Positions 33,607 to 42,388 of a stretch of 64,000 nucleotides of DNA are shown here, in pieces; within the stretch, counting starts at the first letter, position 1, and every line of letters starts with the position of its first letter. This DNA is from Synechococcus sp. SFB_27S_18OctNov_coas_78 (GTDB lineage: Bacteria > Cyanobacteriota > Cyanobacteriia > PCC-6307 > Cyanobiaceae), in assembly GCA_040260695.1 (NCBI GenBank), contig JBDQPG010000002.1, positions 8,171-72,170 on the forward strand, written 5' to 3'. The notes below the pieces were generated by a model. That model saw only the letters and a list, made by a program, of their open reading frames with translations, was not told the origin of the DNA and did no database searches. The position numbers and the translations under genes are program-made.

Positions 33607-33695
33607 TTCTTAATGCAAGCGCCGCTGCGGCCATTGGCGCTGCAGAGTCGTGGTCTGTTTCAGCTTGGGCGGGCGATTCCGCCGGGATTGTTTTC

Positions 33696-34979
33696 GTGAG
33701 CCGCTTCGACAACATCCATCAGGGCTTGTCCCACGAGGAAGCTCTGCGCATTCTCACGTTGCCGATGGATCAACTGGATTCCGCCAGTGACTACTACATG
33801 GCGGTTTCGCACCTGATCAATTTCCCTGGCGAGCCCACCCAACGTGCCCTGATTGAGCTGCTGAACGATCCGGATGACCAGCAAGCCAAAAAACTGGCGC
33901 GCCGCAAAGCCGTTGAAGTGTTGGGCCGGCTGAAGGTGGACGAGGCAGGTCCTGCCATTGGCAGCTGCTTGGACAGTGATGACCCCTACCTGGTGGAGAA
34001 CAGCGCCTGGGCGTTGGAACAACTCGGGACGGCATCAGTGGCCCTGCATCAGCGCATGGCTGCCTTGTTGCAGGACCCTGAACAGAACAGGCGTGTGCTG
34101 ATTCAGAGCTTGGCCGGGTTGAAGGTCACGGCGGCGTTGCCCGCGATTGAGGCGCTGATCGATGACGACGTTCCTGGGGTGCGTGGTGCCGCACGCTCGG
34201 CGTTGGCGCGGTTGACGGGGCGGGTGGATCAGGTGGCAGCCCTGGAAGACCACCTCACGCTGCCCAACCAAATGGATCGGCATTCCGCCATTCAGGATCT
34301 GATGGATTGTCAGGCCGTTCAGTGGCTGCCCAGCATCCTCCAGGCCCCGGTTTCGCCGGTGTTTCGCATGCGCGCGCTCACCGCGCTCTGGCCTGAGGCT
34401 GCCCTCACGTGCGAGGGGCTCGACCTCGTTGAGGCTGTTGATCGACTGTTGTTGGATCATCCGGAAGATCTGGTGTTGGTGCATCGCTACGACGCCACGC
34501 CGGCGGATGATTTCCTGATTCAGGAATTTTTCGGCACGGATTTCAGCCGTGCTTACCTCGGGCTTAAGACGGTTCGTTCCCGACCAGCGCTGTTGCTCTG
34601 GCCGTTGCTGAAGCAGCGCTGGGTCGACGAGGCCCACAACGATTACGGGGCCCACTATTTCTTCATCCGCTTGTTCGCCGCCGTGCGCGACTGGCCGGAT
34701 GATGCCCTGGAGACCATCACAACGTGGTTGCTGGAGGCGGTGGACACACGCCGGCCGCAATTCATGAAATCCAAGCCTGCGGCACTGCTCGGCTTGGCAG
34801 CCCTGGCTCCAGATGTGTGCCGACAGCACCTCAGCCGTTGGCTCGACCCTGAAGCCACATCATTCTGGGAGTGCCGCTACGCCGCCGTGATGGCGATGGA
34901 TCAGCTTGGCATTGCGCCTGAGTCAGATGCCGATCCTCATCCGTATGTGTCGGCCCGCTTGGCCCGTGTCAAGAACTGA
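33696..34979 (+). CDS. cpeY: CpeY PEB lyase (PE-I alpha Cys82)
   Basis: RFDNIH..L, SDYYMAVSHLINFPG, ARRKAVEVLGRL, NDYGAHY, WECRYA. Confidence 0.88.
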   Translation: MSRFDNIHQGLSHEEALRILTLPMDQLDSASDYYMAVSHLINFPGEPTQRALIELLNDPDDQQAKKLARRKAVEVLGRLKVDEAGPAIGSCLDSDDPYLVENSAWALEQLGTASVALHQRMAALLQDPEQNRRVLIQSLAGLKVTAALPAIEALIDDDVPGVRGAARSALARLTGRVDQVAALEDHLTLPNQMDRHSAIQDLMDCQAVQWLPSILQAPVSPVFRMRALTALWPEAALTCEGLDLVEAVDRLLLDHPEDLVLVHRYDATPADDFLIQEFFGTDFSRAYLGLKTVRSRPALLLWPLLKQRWVDEAHNDYGAHYFFIRLFAAVRDWPDDALETITTWLLEAVDTRRPQFMKSKPAALLGLAALAPDVCRQHLSRWLDPEATSFWECRYAAVMAMDQLGIAPESDADPHPYVSARLARVKN

Positions 34980-35280
34980 TCTCTGAATAGCGGGTTGTGT
35001 TGGCCCCACGGCTGGCCCAGTACTGAACAAGTTGTTCCCCGCCGGGGCGGGGAACACTGGCGATGGCGCGCAGAATCTTGAAGGAACGGTTGGGACCCAT
35101 GGGCCAGTTGCCCACAGCCTTCACTTCACGAACACGGCCTCCCATCGATCCAAGGCAGCTCTCGAAGCGTTCGAGTTGGGCCTGATCAACGGTTTCGAAG
35201 ATGAAGTCGGTGCCCTGACAGATCAGATGCTGGGATCGGATCCAGGTTCTCAGCTGTTTTTCGGCAGGGCTTGCAGGCAT
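34969..35280 (-). CDS. cpeR: Phycoerythrin operon regulator CpeR
   Basis: WIRSQHLICQGTDFIFETVD, GNWPMG, YWA.RG..TRY; last gene of cpeSTR. Confidence 0.9.
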   Translation of the reverse strand: MPASPAEKQLRTWIRSQHLICQGTDFIFETVDQAQLERFESCLGSMGGRVREVKAVGNWPMGPNRSFKILRAIASVPRPGGEQLVQYWASRGANTTRYSEISS

Positions 35281-35300
35281 GGTTTAAAAAGTTGCCTGGC

Positions 35301-35912
35301 TCAGTCATTGAGCCCCTTGAGCCAGTCGTCATTCAGATCGTCGGCCAAGGAAGCGACGCGTTGAAACTGCAGCATGCCGTGTTCTGACCCCCAGACCAGG
35401 TCATCGCTGTCTGGATCGAAGCCTCGGTCACGGCTGCTCCAGGAGTGCGCATCCACTTGCACTTCACTCACCAGATAGGTCAATCGTCCATCCCGAGGGA
35501 CCAGGCATCCTTTGCCGGGCTCAACGCGGCCTTCATAAGCATTGTCTCCACAACTGTGGAAGTGCATTGCGCAGCCGCAGCGCGCTTGAAGCGTGTCGGG
35601 CTGGATGGCCGCCAGCAGGGCGGGGTGTTGGGGCGCACCTGCGACCCGTTCCGGTTGTGCCATGCCGAAGTTCTCCACCACGTGAACGCCGTTGTCGCCT
35701 GCGCGCAGCCGGTGCACGCCCTGGCGATAGGGGCGCCAGGGATCATGGTCATAACTCTGCTCTGAATAGAACCCGGGACCCTTCAGCACATCCCAGGGCA
35801 GCGGCATGAAAAAGATGTTGATGTGCGCGAATTTACTCGGGTCGTTCTGGGCTTGTTCCCGGTTGCTGTAGTGGCCGCAGAGCGTGCGTGCGAAGAGCAG
35901 GGAAGGATGCAT
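35301..35912 (-). CDS. cpeT: T-type lyase CpeT
   Basis: GHYSNREQA, FAHI, YSEQSY, PYRQ, VEPGKGC, DRGFDP, WGS. Confidence 0.9.
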   Translation of the reverse strand: MHPSLLFARTLCGHYSNREQAQNDPSKFAHINIFFMPLPWDVLKGPGFYSEQSYDHDPWRPYRQGVHRLRAGDNGVHVVENFGMAQPERVAGAPQHPALLAAIQPDTLQARCGCAMHFHSCGDNAYEGRVEPGKGCLVPRDGRLTYLVSEVQVDAHSWSSRDRGFDPDSDDLVWGSEHGMLQFQRVASLADDLNDDWLKGLND

Positions 35913-35927
35913 CGGTACCAGGCAGGC

Positions 35928-36473
35928 TCAGACAGACAACCGCCTCACCTCGGAGGCGAAGGAGGTTTGCAGCACCCCGGATCCTTCGGAGGTGCGCAGC
36001 ACGGAAGAGCGGCAGCGCACATGTTCGGAGACAAACCAGATGCGCTCTTCAGCGATCGACTGCCCGTAGCGGGTGTTGAGCACGAAGGTGCCATCCGAAA
36101 GGAAGCGATAGCGGGAGATCGCTTGTTCTGCTTCGGCGTAGCCCACACTGCGAAGCAGTTGCCCTTCCGTGTCGTTTTCAGGCACCGGAACGAGGATGCA
36201 GGATCCCGCCGAGACCTCGGACGGATCATCGGGTTCCCAGTCGCTTTCGGCGTTCCATTCCATCAGGAAGGGCGCCTCCGGTTCTCCTGAAAGGTCAGCC
36301 GTCTGCTCCCGAATCAACGCCTGAACGCGTTCGTCGTCGAGCTTGAGCCGCTGGATGCTGATCTGGCTGAGCACCTCTTCAAATTGCTGAAAAGCGAGGG
36401 AATGGCCGCTTCGCATGGAGCGCCATTGACCCTCGCTGCGTTCGACGAACGTCGCAAGATTCATTGAGGACAA
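35928..36473 (-). CDS. cpeS: S-type lyase CpeS
   Basis: SEGQWRSMRSGHSLAFQQFE, LRSVGYAE, EERIWF, TSFASEVRR. Confidence 0.92.
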   Translation of the reverse strand: MSSMNLATFVERSEGQWRSMRSGHSLAFQQFEEVLSQISIQRLKLDDERVQALIREQTADLSGEPEAPFLMEWNAESDWEPDDPSEVSAGSCILVPVPENDTEGQLLRSVGYAEAEQAISRYRFLSDGTFVLNTRYGQSIAEERIWFVSEHVRCRSSVLRTSEGSGVLQTSFASEVRRLSV

Positions 36474-36638
36474 TCAGCCCTTGATTTCCGTGTTCGCACT
36501 GGAATCGGTGCGTGCTGTTTGCACCATGTGGACCATGGATTCCACCATCATCGACATCGCCATCGGCACGCTGGCCGTGGATGGCCAGTTGGTCTGGCCC
36601 GGCCGTTCGTTTTGGTTGCTTTGACGAAGCAGGGGCAT
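36474..36638 (-). CDS. Small Met-rich 54-aa protein between cpeE and cpeS (not in the ORF track)
   Basis: Manual translation MPLLRQSNQNERPGQTNWPSTASVPMAMSMMVESMVHMVQTARTDSSANTEIKG; stop abuts the cpeS TTG. Confidence 0.65.
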   Translation of the reverse strand: MPLLRQSNQNERPGQTNWPSTASVPMAMSMMVESMVHMVQTARTDSSANTEIKG

Positions 36639-36679
36639 AGGACCAATCGAAGGTGGGTCGTCGTGACCCGGACAGAACT

Positions 36680-36711
36680 AAAAAAAGCCCGGAAGTTTGG
36701 CTTCCGGGCTT
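36680..36711 (-). terminator. Rho-independent terminator/attenuator after cpeE
   Basis: Minus strand AAGCCCGGAAG-CCAAA-CTTCCGGGCTT followed by TTTTT. Confidence 0.9.
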
Positions 36712-36758
36712 AATCATGCAATGAATTGCAGGCCTGTTGGGGCTGAAGCCCTCAAGGA

Positions 36759-37502
36759 TTAAGTGTTCGCAATAGAAAGAATGCGACCACCACGCTTCTG
36801 AATGGCTTGGATGCTCGTGGTGAGGGAGCTGTAGGGAGCCGAGGTGCGTTGCACCGAGCGGCGATGCACACCCACAGGGGATGCCGTGGTCCAGGTAATG
36901 GTGTAACGCTTGCTGTCCCGGTTGCCGGGGCCAGGGGTCTTGGGCCCGGCAGCAGGGGCCGCATTGGTGCCGATGCTGGAAATCAGGATCGAGGACGTGC
37001 TGCCGTCAAAGCCTGCGAAGCCGGAGTCCATCGCCACGGAGCGGGTGTAGCTCACGTTGCTCTGACCCAGTTGGCTGCTGTTGCCGCGCATGGCGGGCAC
37101 ATCGTCGACACCGAAGGCATCGAGGTACTCGTGGCTATAGGTGTAGCTGTTGATTTCAGCTTCGTATCCCTCGTTGGCGAGGCGCTGAACGTGCTCACTC
37201 AGCTCGGCCTGGCTATGGGGGGCACGACCCAGGAGGTGCTTGAAGTTGAGCTCAACGAAGCGGTAGGGGCCGTTCTTGTCCAGGAACAGACGGCGGTAGG
37301 TGTCCGACTGGGCGAAGGCGGTGACCAGGCCCTGAACGGTGAGGTCGCCATTCACGTAGAGGCTTTCCGCAGAGCTGCAGCGATCTTCATCCATCAGGTG
37401 GGCGTTGCCGAACACCTGGCGGTAAGCCGCACGGATCACGGCCTGCGCATCAGCCTGGCGCAGGTCGTCATTCGCGGAATTCACAGTGGCTTCAGTCATC
37501 AA
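36759..37502 (-). CDS. cpeE: PE-I rod linker CpeE
   Basis: IRAAYRQVFGN, PYRFVELNFKHLLGRAP, C-terminal CpcD-like domain; position before cpeSTR. Confidence 0.85.
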   Translation of the reverse strand: MMTEATVNSANDDLRQADAQAVIRAAYRQVFGNAHLMDEDRCSSAESLYVNGDLTVQGLVTAFAQSDTYRRLFLDKNGPYRFVELNFKHLLGRAPHSQAELSEHVQRLANEGYEAEINSYTYSHEYLDAFGVDDVPAMRGNSSQLGQSNVSYTRSVAMDSGFAGFDGSTSSILISSIGTNAAPAAGPKTPGPGNRDSKRYTITWTTASPVGVHRRSVQRTSAPYSSLTTSIQAIQKRGGRILSIANT

Positions 37503-37545
37503 TCGACGTGGGTACGGAGGGCAGGGGAGGGTTGATGAACAGTGA

Positions 37546-39165
37546 TCAGATCACTTCGGTGATCGATACGATCCGGCCACCGCGGCGGTGGATGTAGCCC
37601 AACTGGGAGGTCATGTCCTTGCCCGACACGAGGTAGCTGGCATTGGGTGTGCGCTGACGGCCACCAGCCGGCTGGGCTTGAACCACGATCCGGTAGCGCT
37701 TACCGGTGGGCTCGGTTGTGCCGGACGCAGCGCCGATGCGGTTGATGCGCTGGGTGGTGCTGTTCCAGTTGTTGGGGGAGCTGTTCGTCGCAACCGAGGT
37801 CACAAGGGTGGAGCTCGTTTGAACGGTGTCGCTGGAGGCGTAACCCTGGGACAGCGCCAGGTTGCGGTTGAAGGCCACCTGGGAACGACCGTTCTCGGTG
37901 CTCACGCGCTGGAAGGGGATCGTGTATTCCCCAAAGGCTTCCTGATACTCGCTGCCGTCGAGGTAGCTGTTGATCTCAGCTTCGTAGCCTTCGTTGGCCA
38001 GGCGCTGAATGTGCTCGCTCACCTCGGCTTGAGACACGGGTGCGCGTCCGAGCAGGTGTTTGAAGTTGAGCTCAACGAAGCGGTAGGGGGCGTTGCTCTC
38101 GAAGAAGCGACGGCTGTATTCAGCAGAAAGGGCGATGGCGCGGACAAATTCGCGGGTGCTGAGGGTGCCCTCGGCGAATTTGCTTTCAGCGGTGAGGCTG
38201 CGCTCGCTTTCCATCAGATGGGGGTTGCCCATCACCTGGCGGTAGGTGGAGCGGATCAGGGCGTTGATCTGATCGGCGGAATCGCCCTCGCAACGTTCGA
38301 AGGTTTCTTGAACCCGCTGGCCAAGGCCAAAGCCGACGTAGAGGTCTCCCCGCATCGGAGCGCTGTCGCCACCATCAGCGGTGCTGCGCTTCACCGGTGC
38401 AAAGACACCGCGTGCGCTGCCGCTGCCGCTGAAACCACCAGCCACGGACGAACCGCTGCGATACACCTGCGCAGGGGGATTGATGCGAATGCTGTAACCC
38501 TGGGCCAGGTTGCTCAGCAGCTGACTGCGGCTGCCGATGGCCGTATCGCTGCCGGCAAAATTCTGCTCGAGGGCGGCGATGCGGTTGAAGCTGGCCTGGG
38601 GCTGGCCGGCCTGGCTGTTGAAGCTGCTCGGGTAGGGAACGGTGTCTTCCCCGAAAGATTGGATGTACTCGTCGGAATCCAGGATCCCGTCGATGGCGGC
38701 GTCGAAACCACCGTCGGCCATCAGCGTCACTTGGGCGGTGATTTCTGCTTCGTTGACGGGGCCACGGCCCAGCAAGTGCTTGAAGCTCAGCTCAACAGCA
38801 CGGTGGGGGCCAACCGCCTCGAAATAACGGGACCGGTAAAACTCAGATTTGGCGATGGTGCGGATGAACTCGCGCACACTGATGTCGCCGTTGCGGAGCA
38901 TGGATTCGGCGCTGGTGGCACGCTCGCTCTCCATGGGTTGCACGTTGCCAAACACTTGGCGGTAAGCAGCCCGCACGGTGGCGGCAAAAGCGGTTTCGTC
39001 GTCTGCTGCAAAGAAATCGACGGAACCCTTGGTGCCCTGATTGCGGAAGTCGCCGTTGCTCACGGCTGCACTGCCGGAGGGGGTGCGGGTGCGTGAGTAG
39101 GAGACGGGGCCGGGGATCAGTTGGGTGGCGCCGAAACCAAGCGCGTTAGAGCTGTTGGAAGACAT
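37546..39165 (-). CDS. mpeD: Double-domain PE rod linker (MpeD/CpeD-like fusion)
   Basis: Two AYRQVFGN/TYRQVMGN...FKHLLGR linker domains plus a C-terminal CpcD-like domain; lies between cpeC and cpeE. Confidence 0.75.
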   Translation of the reverse strand: MSSNSSNALGFGATQLIPGPVSYSRTRTPSGSAAVSNGDFRNQGTKGSVDFFAADDETAFAATVRAAYRQVFGNVQPMESERATSAESMLRNGDISVREFIRTIAKSEFYRSRYFEAVGPHRAVELSFKHLLGRGPVNEAEITAQVTLMADGGFDAAIDGILDSDEYIQSFGEDTVPYPSSFNSQAGQPQASFNRIAALEQNFAGSDTAIGSRSQLLSNLAQGYSIRINPPAQVYRSGSSVAGGFSGSGSARGVFAPVKRSTADGGDSAPMRGDLYVGFGLGQRVQETFERCEGDSADQINALIRSTYRQVMGNPHLMESERSLTAESKFAEGTLSTREFVRAIALSAEYSRRFFESNAPYRFVELNFKHLLGRAPVSQAEVSEHIQRLANEGYEAEINSYLDGSEYQEAFGEYTIPFQRVSTENGRSQVAFNRNLALSQGYASSDTVQTSSTLVTSVATNSSPNNWNSTTQRINRIGAASGTTEPTGKRYRIVVQAQPAGGRQRTPNASYLVSGKDMTSQLGYIHRRGGRIVSITEVI

Positions 39166-39280
39166 GGAAGAATTGGTGTCGGAGAACCTTGTTTGGGAAA
39201 GCAGGCGTTACTCCCTGAACCTTCTGGCTGGTCTCATCAGCCGGAAGGTTCTGCTATGGGAGCAGGACTGAGGGTGTGCC

Positions 39281-40165
39281 TCAGGTCGCGGGGGTGATGC
39301 TGGCGATCGTGCCGCCCTCGGCATGGATGCGCTTGAACTGCTCGGAGAGCTTGTCGAAGGGCACGTAGTACACCCGGTTGGAGCGGGTGTAGCGGGAGAT
39401 GCGCCGCACGTTGTTGGCGCTGTATCCGGTGACTTCCACCCGGTAGGTCTTGCCCTGATCGCTGGCGCCGCTGCCCAGGCGGGTGGCGGCGTCCTGCAGG
39501 TTCTTGGAGGGGCGGAAGCTCCAGCCCTGAGTTTCGTTGGAGGACGGGGGGATCACCGCCATGGGGCGGTTCTGGTAAGCGTTGCCGCCCAGCTTGCTGG
39601 TGATGCCGGAGAGATCGCCTTTCAGGCTGCTGCTGCTGTTGCCCCGCAGCAGCTGGAAGCTCCAGGTGAACTCCTGCATGGTGGTGCAGCTTTCGGTCTT
39701 CCAGCCGCGCTGGTAAGGCACCGTCCACTCACCAAAGGTGTTCTGGTAGTCGTCGGAATCGAGGAAGCTGTCGATGTCGGCGTCGTAGCCCTTGCTGTCC
39801 AGGCGCTCGGCGTGGGCACGCATTTCGTTGAAGTCCACGGGCGCGCGTCCCAGCAGGTGGCGGAAGGCCAGCTCGATGTAGCGGTAGCGGGCGCAGGTGT
39901 CGAAGAAACGGCCGCGGTACAGCTCGCTCTTGGCAATCATGCGCACGAACTCACGCACGCTGATTTCACCGAGCTTGAACTGGGATTCAGCCACGAGCTG
40001 ACGCTCGCTCTCCATCACGTAGGCGTTGCCAAGCACCTGCTTGTACACCGCATTGATGATCTGTTCTTTCTTGGCGTCGTCATCCCCAGGAATCAGCTCG
40101 AGCGGAGCTTCGCTTTCCTGAGAGAAACGCTCAACCCCGAGGAGTGAGGCAGGACCGAAGGGCAT
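39281..40165 (-). CDS. cpeC: PE-I rod linker CpeC
   Basis: MPFGPASLLGVERF, VYKQVLGNAYVMESER, VPFDKLSEQFKRIHAEGG. Confidence 0.93.
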   Translation of the reverse strand: MPFGPASLLGVERFSQESEAPLELIPGDDDAKKEQIINAVYKQVLGNAYVMESERQLVAESQFKLGEISVREFVRMIAKSELYRGRFFDTCARYRYIELAFRHLLGRAPVDFNEMRAHAERLDSKGYDADIDSFLDSDDYQNTFGEWTVPYQRGWKTESCTTMQEFTWSFQLLRGNSSSSLKGDLSGITSKLGGNAYQNRPMAVIPPSSNETQGWSFRPSKNLQDAATRLGSGASDQGKTYRVEVTGYSANNVRRISRYTRSNRVYYVPFDKLSEQFKRIHAEGGTIASITPAT

Positions 40166-40296
40166 AGGAGGAGACGCGTCGTCGCGTCGGTATGGTCCGA
40201 TGAAAACTTGTCTGTGTGGGTTGCATCTTTATAAAGCTCAATCAAATATGTCCGAATGTTGCGTGACATGACGCTTTCGGCCGCTCCCGGCGGGTT

Positions 40297-40980
40297 TCAG
40301 ACCTCCAGCGAGGTGCGGGTTGTTTGTCGTGTGCGCGGGTTCCAGGTGTCGAGCTCCGCATAGGGGCGCGCGAGTAGGGCAGCCCGTTGCGATTCGAGGC
40401 CGATGGTTTGTGAAAAGTCGGTGCCGGCCATGGATTCGGCGCCGTCCAAGCCCGCTTCGCTCAGATCAGCGCCCCGGAAATCGGCGAAATCCAGTTGGCA
40501 GCTGCCAAAGCGGCTGCCTCGGCAGAGGGCTCCTCTCAGCAGGGCATGGCGCAGATCCGAGCCAACAAAGCGAACGCCATCCAGGAGGGCTCCACTGAGA
40601 TCGGTGCCGCTGAGATAGGCCCCCATCAGCACAGCACCACGCAGATCCATGCCGCGCAGGTCGGTGTTGTTCAGAAACACGCCGCTGAGACGAGCGCCTG
40701 GGCCAACCGCGCCGCTGCTGCGCAGGTCAAACCCGTCGGGCACCAGGGTTTTGTGGTCGTAACGGGCGAGCCGCAGATCCGCACCACTCAGATCGCAACT
40801 GGAAAGATCGGCGCCGCGTAGGTCGGTTCGGCAGAGATTCGCGTCGCGCAGGTCGACGTTGCTCAAGGTCACGTCGCGCCAGTCAGCTCCACGGGCATCC
40901 ACAGGAGCAGTGAGCGCATCGGTTGCGCTTGTCAGTTCCGGCGGATGCCAGGTGGTGAGATCAAGGGGGGTCGCCGTCAA
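40297..40980 (-). CDS. Pentapeptide-repeat protein
   Basis: A(D/N)LXX repeats (VDLRDANLCRTDLRGADLS...); TTG start 4 nt after the cpcL stop. Confidence 0.88.
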   Translation of the reverse strand: MTATPLDLTTWHPPELTSATDALTAPVDARGADWRDVTLSNVDLRDANLCRTDLRGADLSSCDLSGADLRLARYDHKTLVPDGFDLRSSGAVGPGARLSGVFLNNTDLRGMDLRGAVLMGAYLSGTDLSGALLDGVRFVGSDLRHALLRGALCRGSRFGSCQLDFADFRGADLSEAGLDGAESMAGTDFSQTIGLESQRAALLARPYAELDTWNPRTRQTTRTSLEV

Positions 40981-40984
40981 CGGA

Positions 40985-41740
40985 TCAGCTGCGCAGCATC
41001 GAGAAGGCGATGGTAAGGACCACGCGGCCCAGTTCGAAGCCGCCCACCAGGGCGAGACCAAGCCAGAGCTTCAGAGCGAAGGCCGGTGACTGGCCGTTGA
41101 CCCAGGCGGCCGATGTCTCCAGCTGCTGCATCTGGCCGGCTTGAGCGCTCGGGGCACGGTTCTGAAGTGAGTCGCGCCAGTCGGCTCCGTAGCGGGGGAA
41201 TTGCTGGTAAATGGGCGTTTCACCCATGGAACGACCCGGCAACACGCGCGACCGCTGCTGGGGCACGAGGTCGTAGCCGAAGCTCTCCATGTATTCCGTA
41301 CTGTCGAGCAAGGCATCGACAAAGGCGGTGAAGCCCTTCTCGCCGATCACGATCGACCAGGCGCGGCGTTCGGCGTCGCCATGGGTCGGACGGCCGAGCA
41401 CACGGCCCACCACCTGATCCACCATCCGGTAGTTCGAGCTGCACTGGTAGTAGCCCTGCTGGAATCGTTCGGAGAGCAACAGGCCGCGGATGAAATCACG
41501 CACCGTGATGTTGCCGTTGCGGAGTTGCGATTCCAGGAAGGGTTCCCGGTCGCTGCGCATGGCATGGAAAAACACCTGCCGGTAGGCCCGCTCGATCACG
41601 GCATCGATTCCACTCACGGCGGTGGCGTCGCCGGAGGCAGATGGATAGATCTGAGCTTGAACGGTGCTGGTGTTGCCGGCCAGGTTGGTGACGCGACCGT
41701 TCTGCGTGCTGAGCGGGTACCCAAGGAGCGGGATGGCCAT
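40985..41740 (-). CDS. cpcL: Rod-membrane linker CpcL (CpcG2)
   Basis: MAIPLLGYP..TQNGRV, FLESQLRNG, VPQQRSRVLPGR, hydrophobic C-terminal tail LWLGLALVGGFELGRVVLTIAF. Confidence 0.88.
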   Translation of the reverse strand: MAIPLLGYPLSTQNGRVTNLAGNTSTVQAQIYPSASGDATAVSGIDAVIERAYRQVFFHAMRSDREPFLESQLRNGNITVRDFIRGLLLSERFQQGYYQCSSNYRMVDQVVGRVLGRPTHGDAERRAWSIVIGEKGFTAFVDALLDSTEYMESFGYDLVPQQRSRVLPGRSMGETPIYQQFPRYGADWRDSLQNRAPSAQAGQMQQLETSAAWVNGQSPAFALKLWLGLALVGGFELGRVVLTIAFSMLRS

Positions 41741-41812
41741 GGAGTGCGCCGTGAGTGGAAATACTTGCCGGAGATCTTCCCTTGATTTGCTTCCGTCCAA
41801 CGCGGTCTTTTA

Positions 41813-42388
41813 TCAGCTCTTAACTGCAGTTTTGTTGAGTTGTTCTCTCAGGTGTTGGAAGCAGTCGCTGATCAGCTGACGGTCGTTTGATCGTGAGACC
41901 CCTTCCAGCACAAGCACTTTGAGCTGGTCGAGGGCGATGTTCATCCCCTCGACGGGCACGTTCATTCGTCTGTACAGCTCCCCTAGGGCGTCCATGCCGC
42001 TCGGGTTTGTAAAGCAGCTCTGGTTGCAGGCCACCGCGTAGGTGATCACGCGTAGAAAGTTCCAGCAGTCGCGCCAGCAGGCCTCTGCCCTGTCCTGCGG
42101 GTGAAGGGCCCCGCCCGGTTGCACCAGATGCGGCTGGGTTTCAAGCAGATGTCCCCGCGCCTGGTTCACCAGTTGATCCGATTGTTGGATCAGGCTGCCG
42201 GGGAGCGATTCGTCAATGCCGGAGGCTTTGCAGATCGTGGCCAGCTCATCGCTCGTGAGCTGGCGTTGGGCTTGATCAGCACGCTCAACAATGATGCGCG
42301 TGGCCTGCGGCAAATCTTGGTTGATGCTCAGTCCTTGAACCTGTGCGGTTTGCACCAAGGTCTTGAAGTCGGTGTTTTGCAGGTTCAA
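41813..42388 (-). CDS. aplA: Allophycocyanin-like protein AplA
   Basis: Phycobiliprotein-like: ADQAQRQLT, PHLVQPGGALHP, AEACWRDCWNFLRVITYA, LYRRMNVP. Confidence 0.82.
   Translation of the reverse strand: MNLQNTDFKTLVQTAQVQGLSINQDLPQATRIIVERADQAQRQLTSDELATICKASGIDESLPGSLIQQSDQLVNQARGHLLETQPHLVQPGGALHPQDRAEACWRDCWNFLRVITYAVACNQSCFTNPSGMDALGELYRRMNVPVEGMNIALDQLKVLVLEGVSRSNDRQLISDCFQHLREQLNKTAVKS

Noticed and set aside
33696-34979. Calling this lyase MpeY/MpeZ/MpeW (chromatic acclimation type 4)
   Set aside because: The N-terminus matches CpeY, there is no PE-II substrate, and no fciA/fciB-like AraC regulators are in the window.
36519-36713. His-rich ORF MHHVDHGFHHHRHRHRH (possible metal-binding peptide)
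   Set aside because: The His codons (CAT) are the reverse complement of the Met codons of the minus-strand microprotein, and the ORF runs into the terminator.
37588-39096. 502-aa plus-strand ORF (likewise 36807-37535, 39323-40147, 26085-26618, 29863-30432)
   Set aside because: Antisense shadows of strongly codon-biased phycobiliprotein and linker genes; no recognisable motifs.
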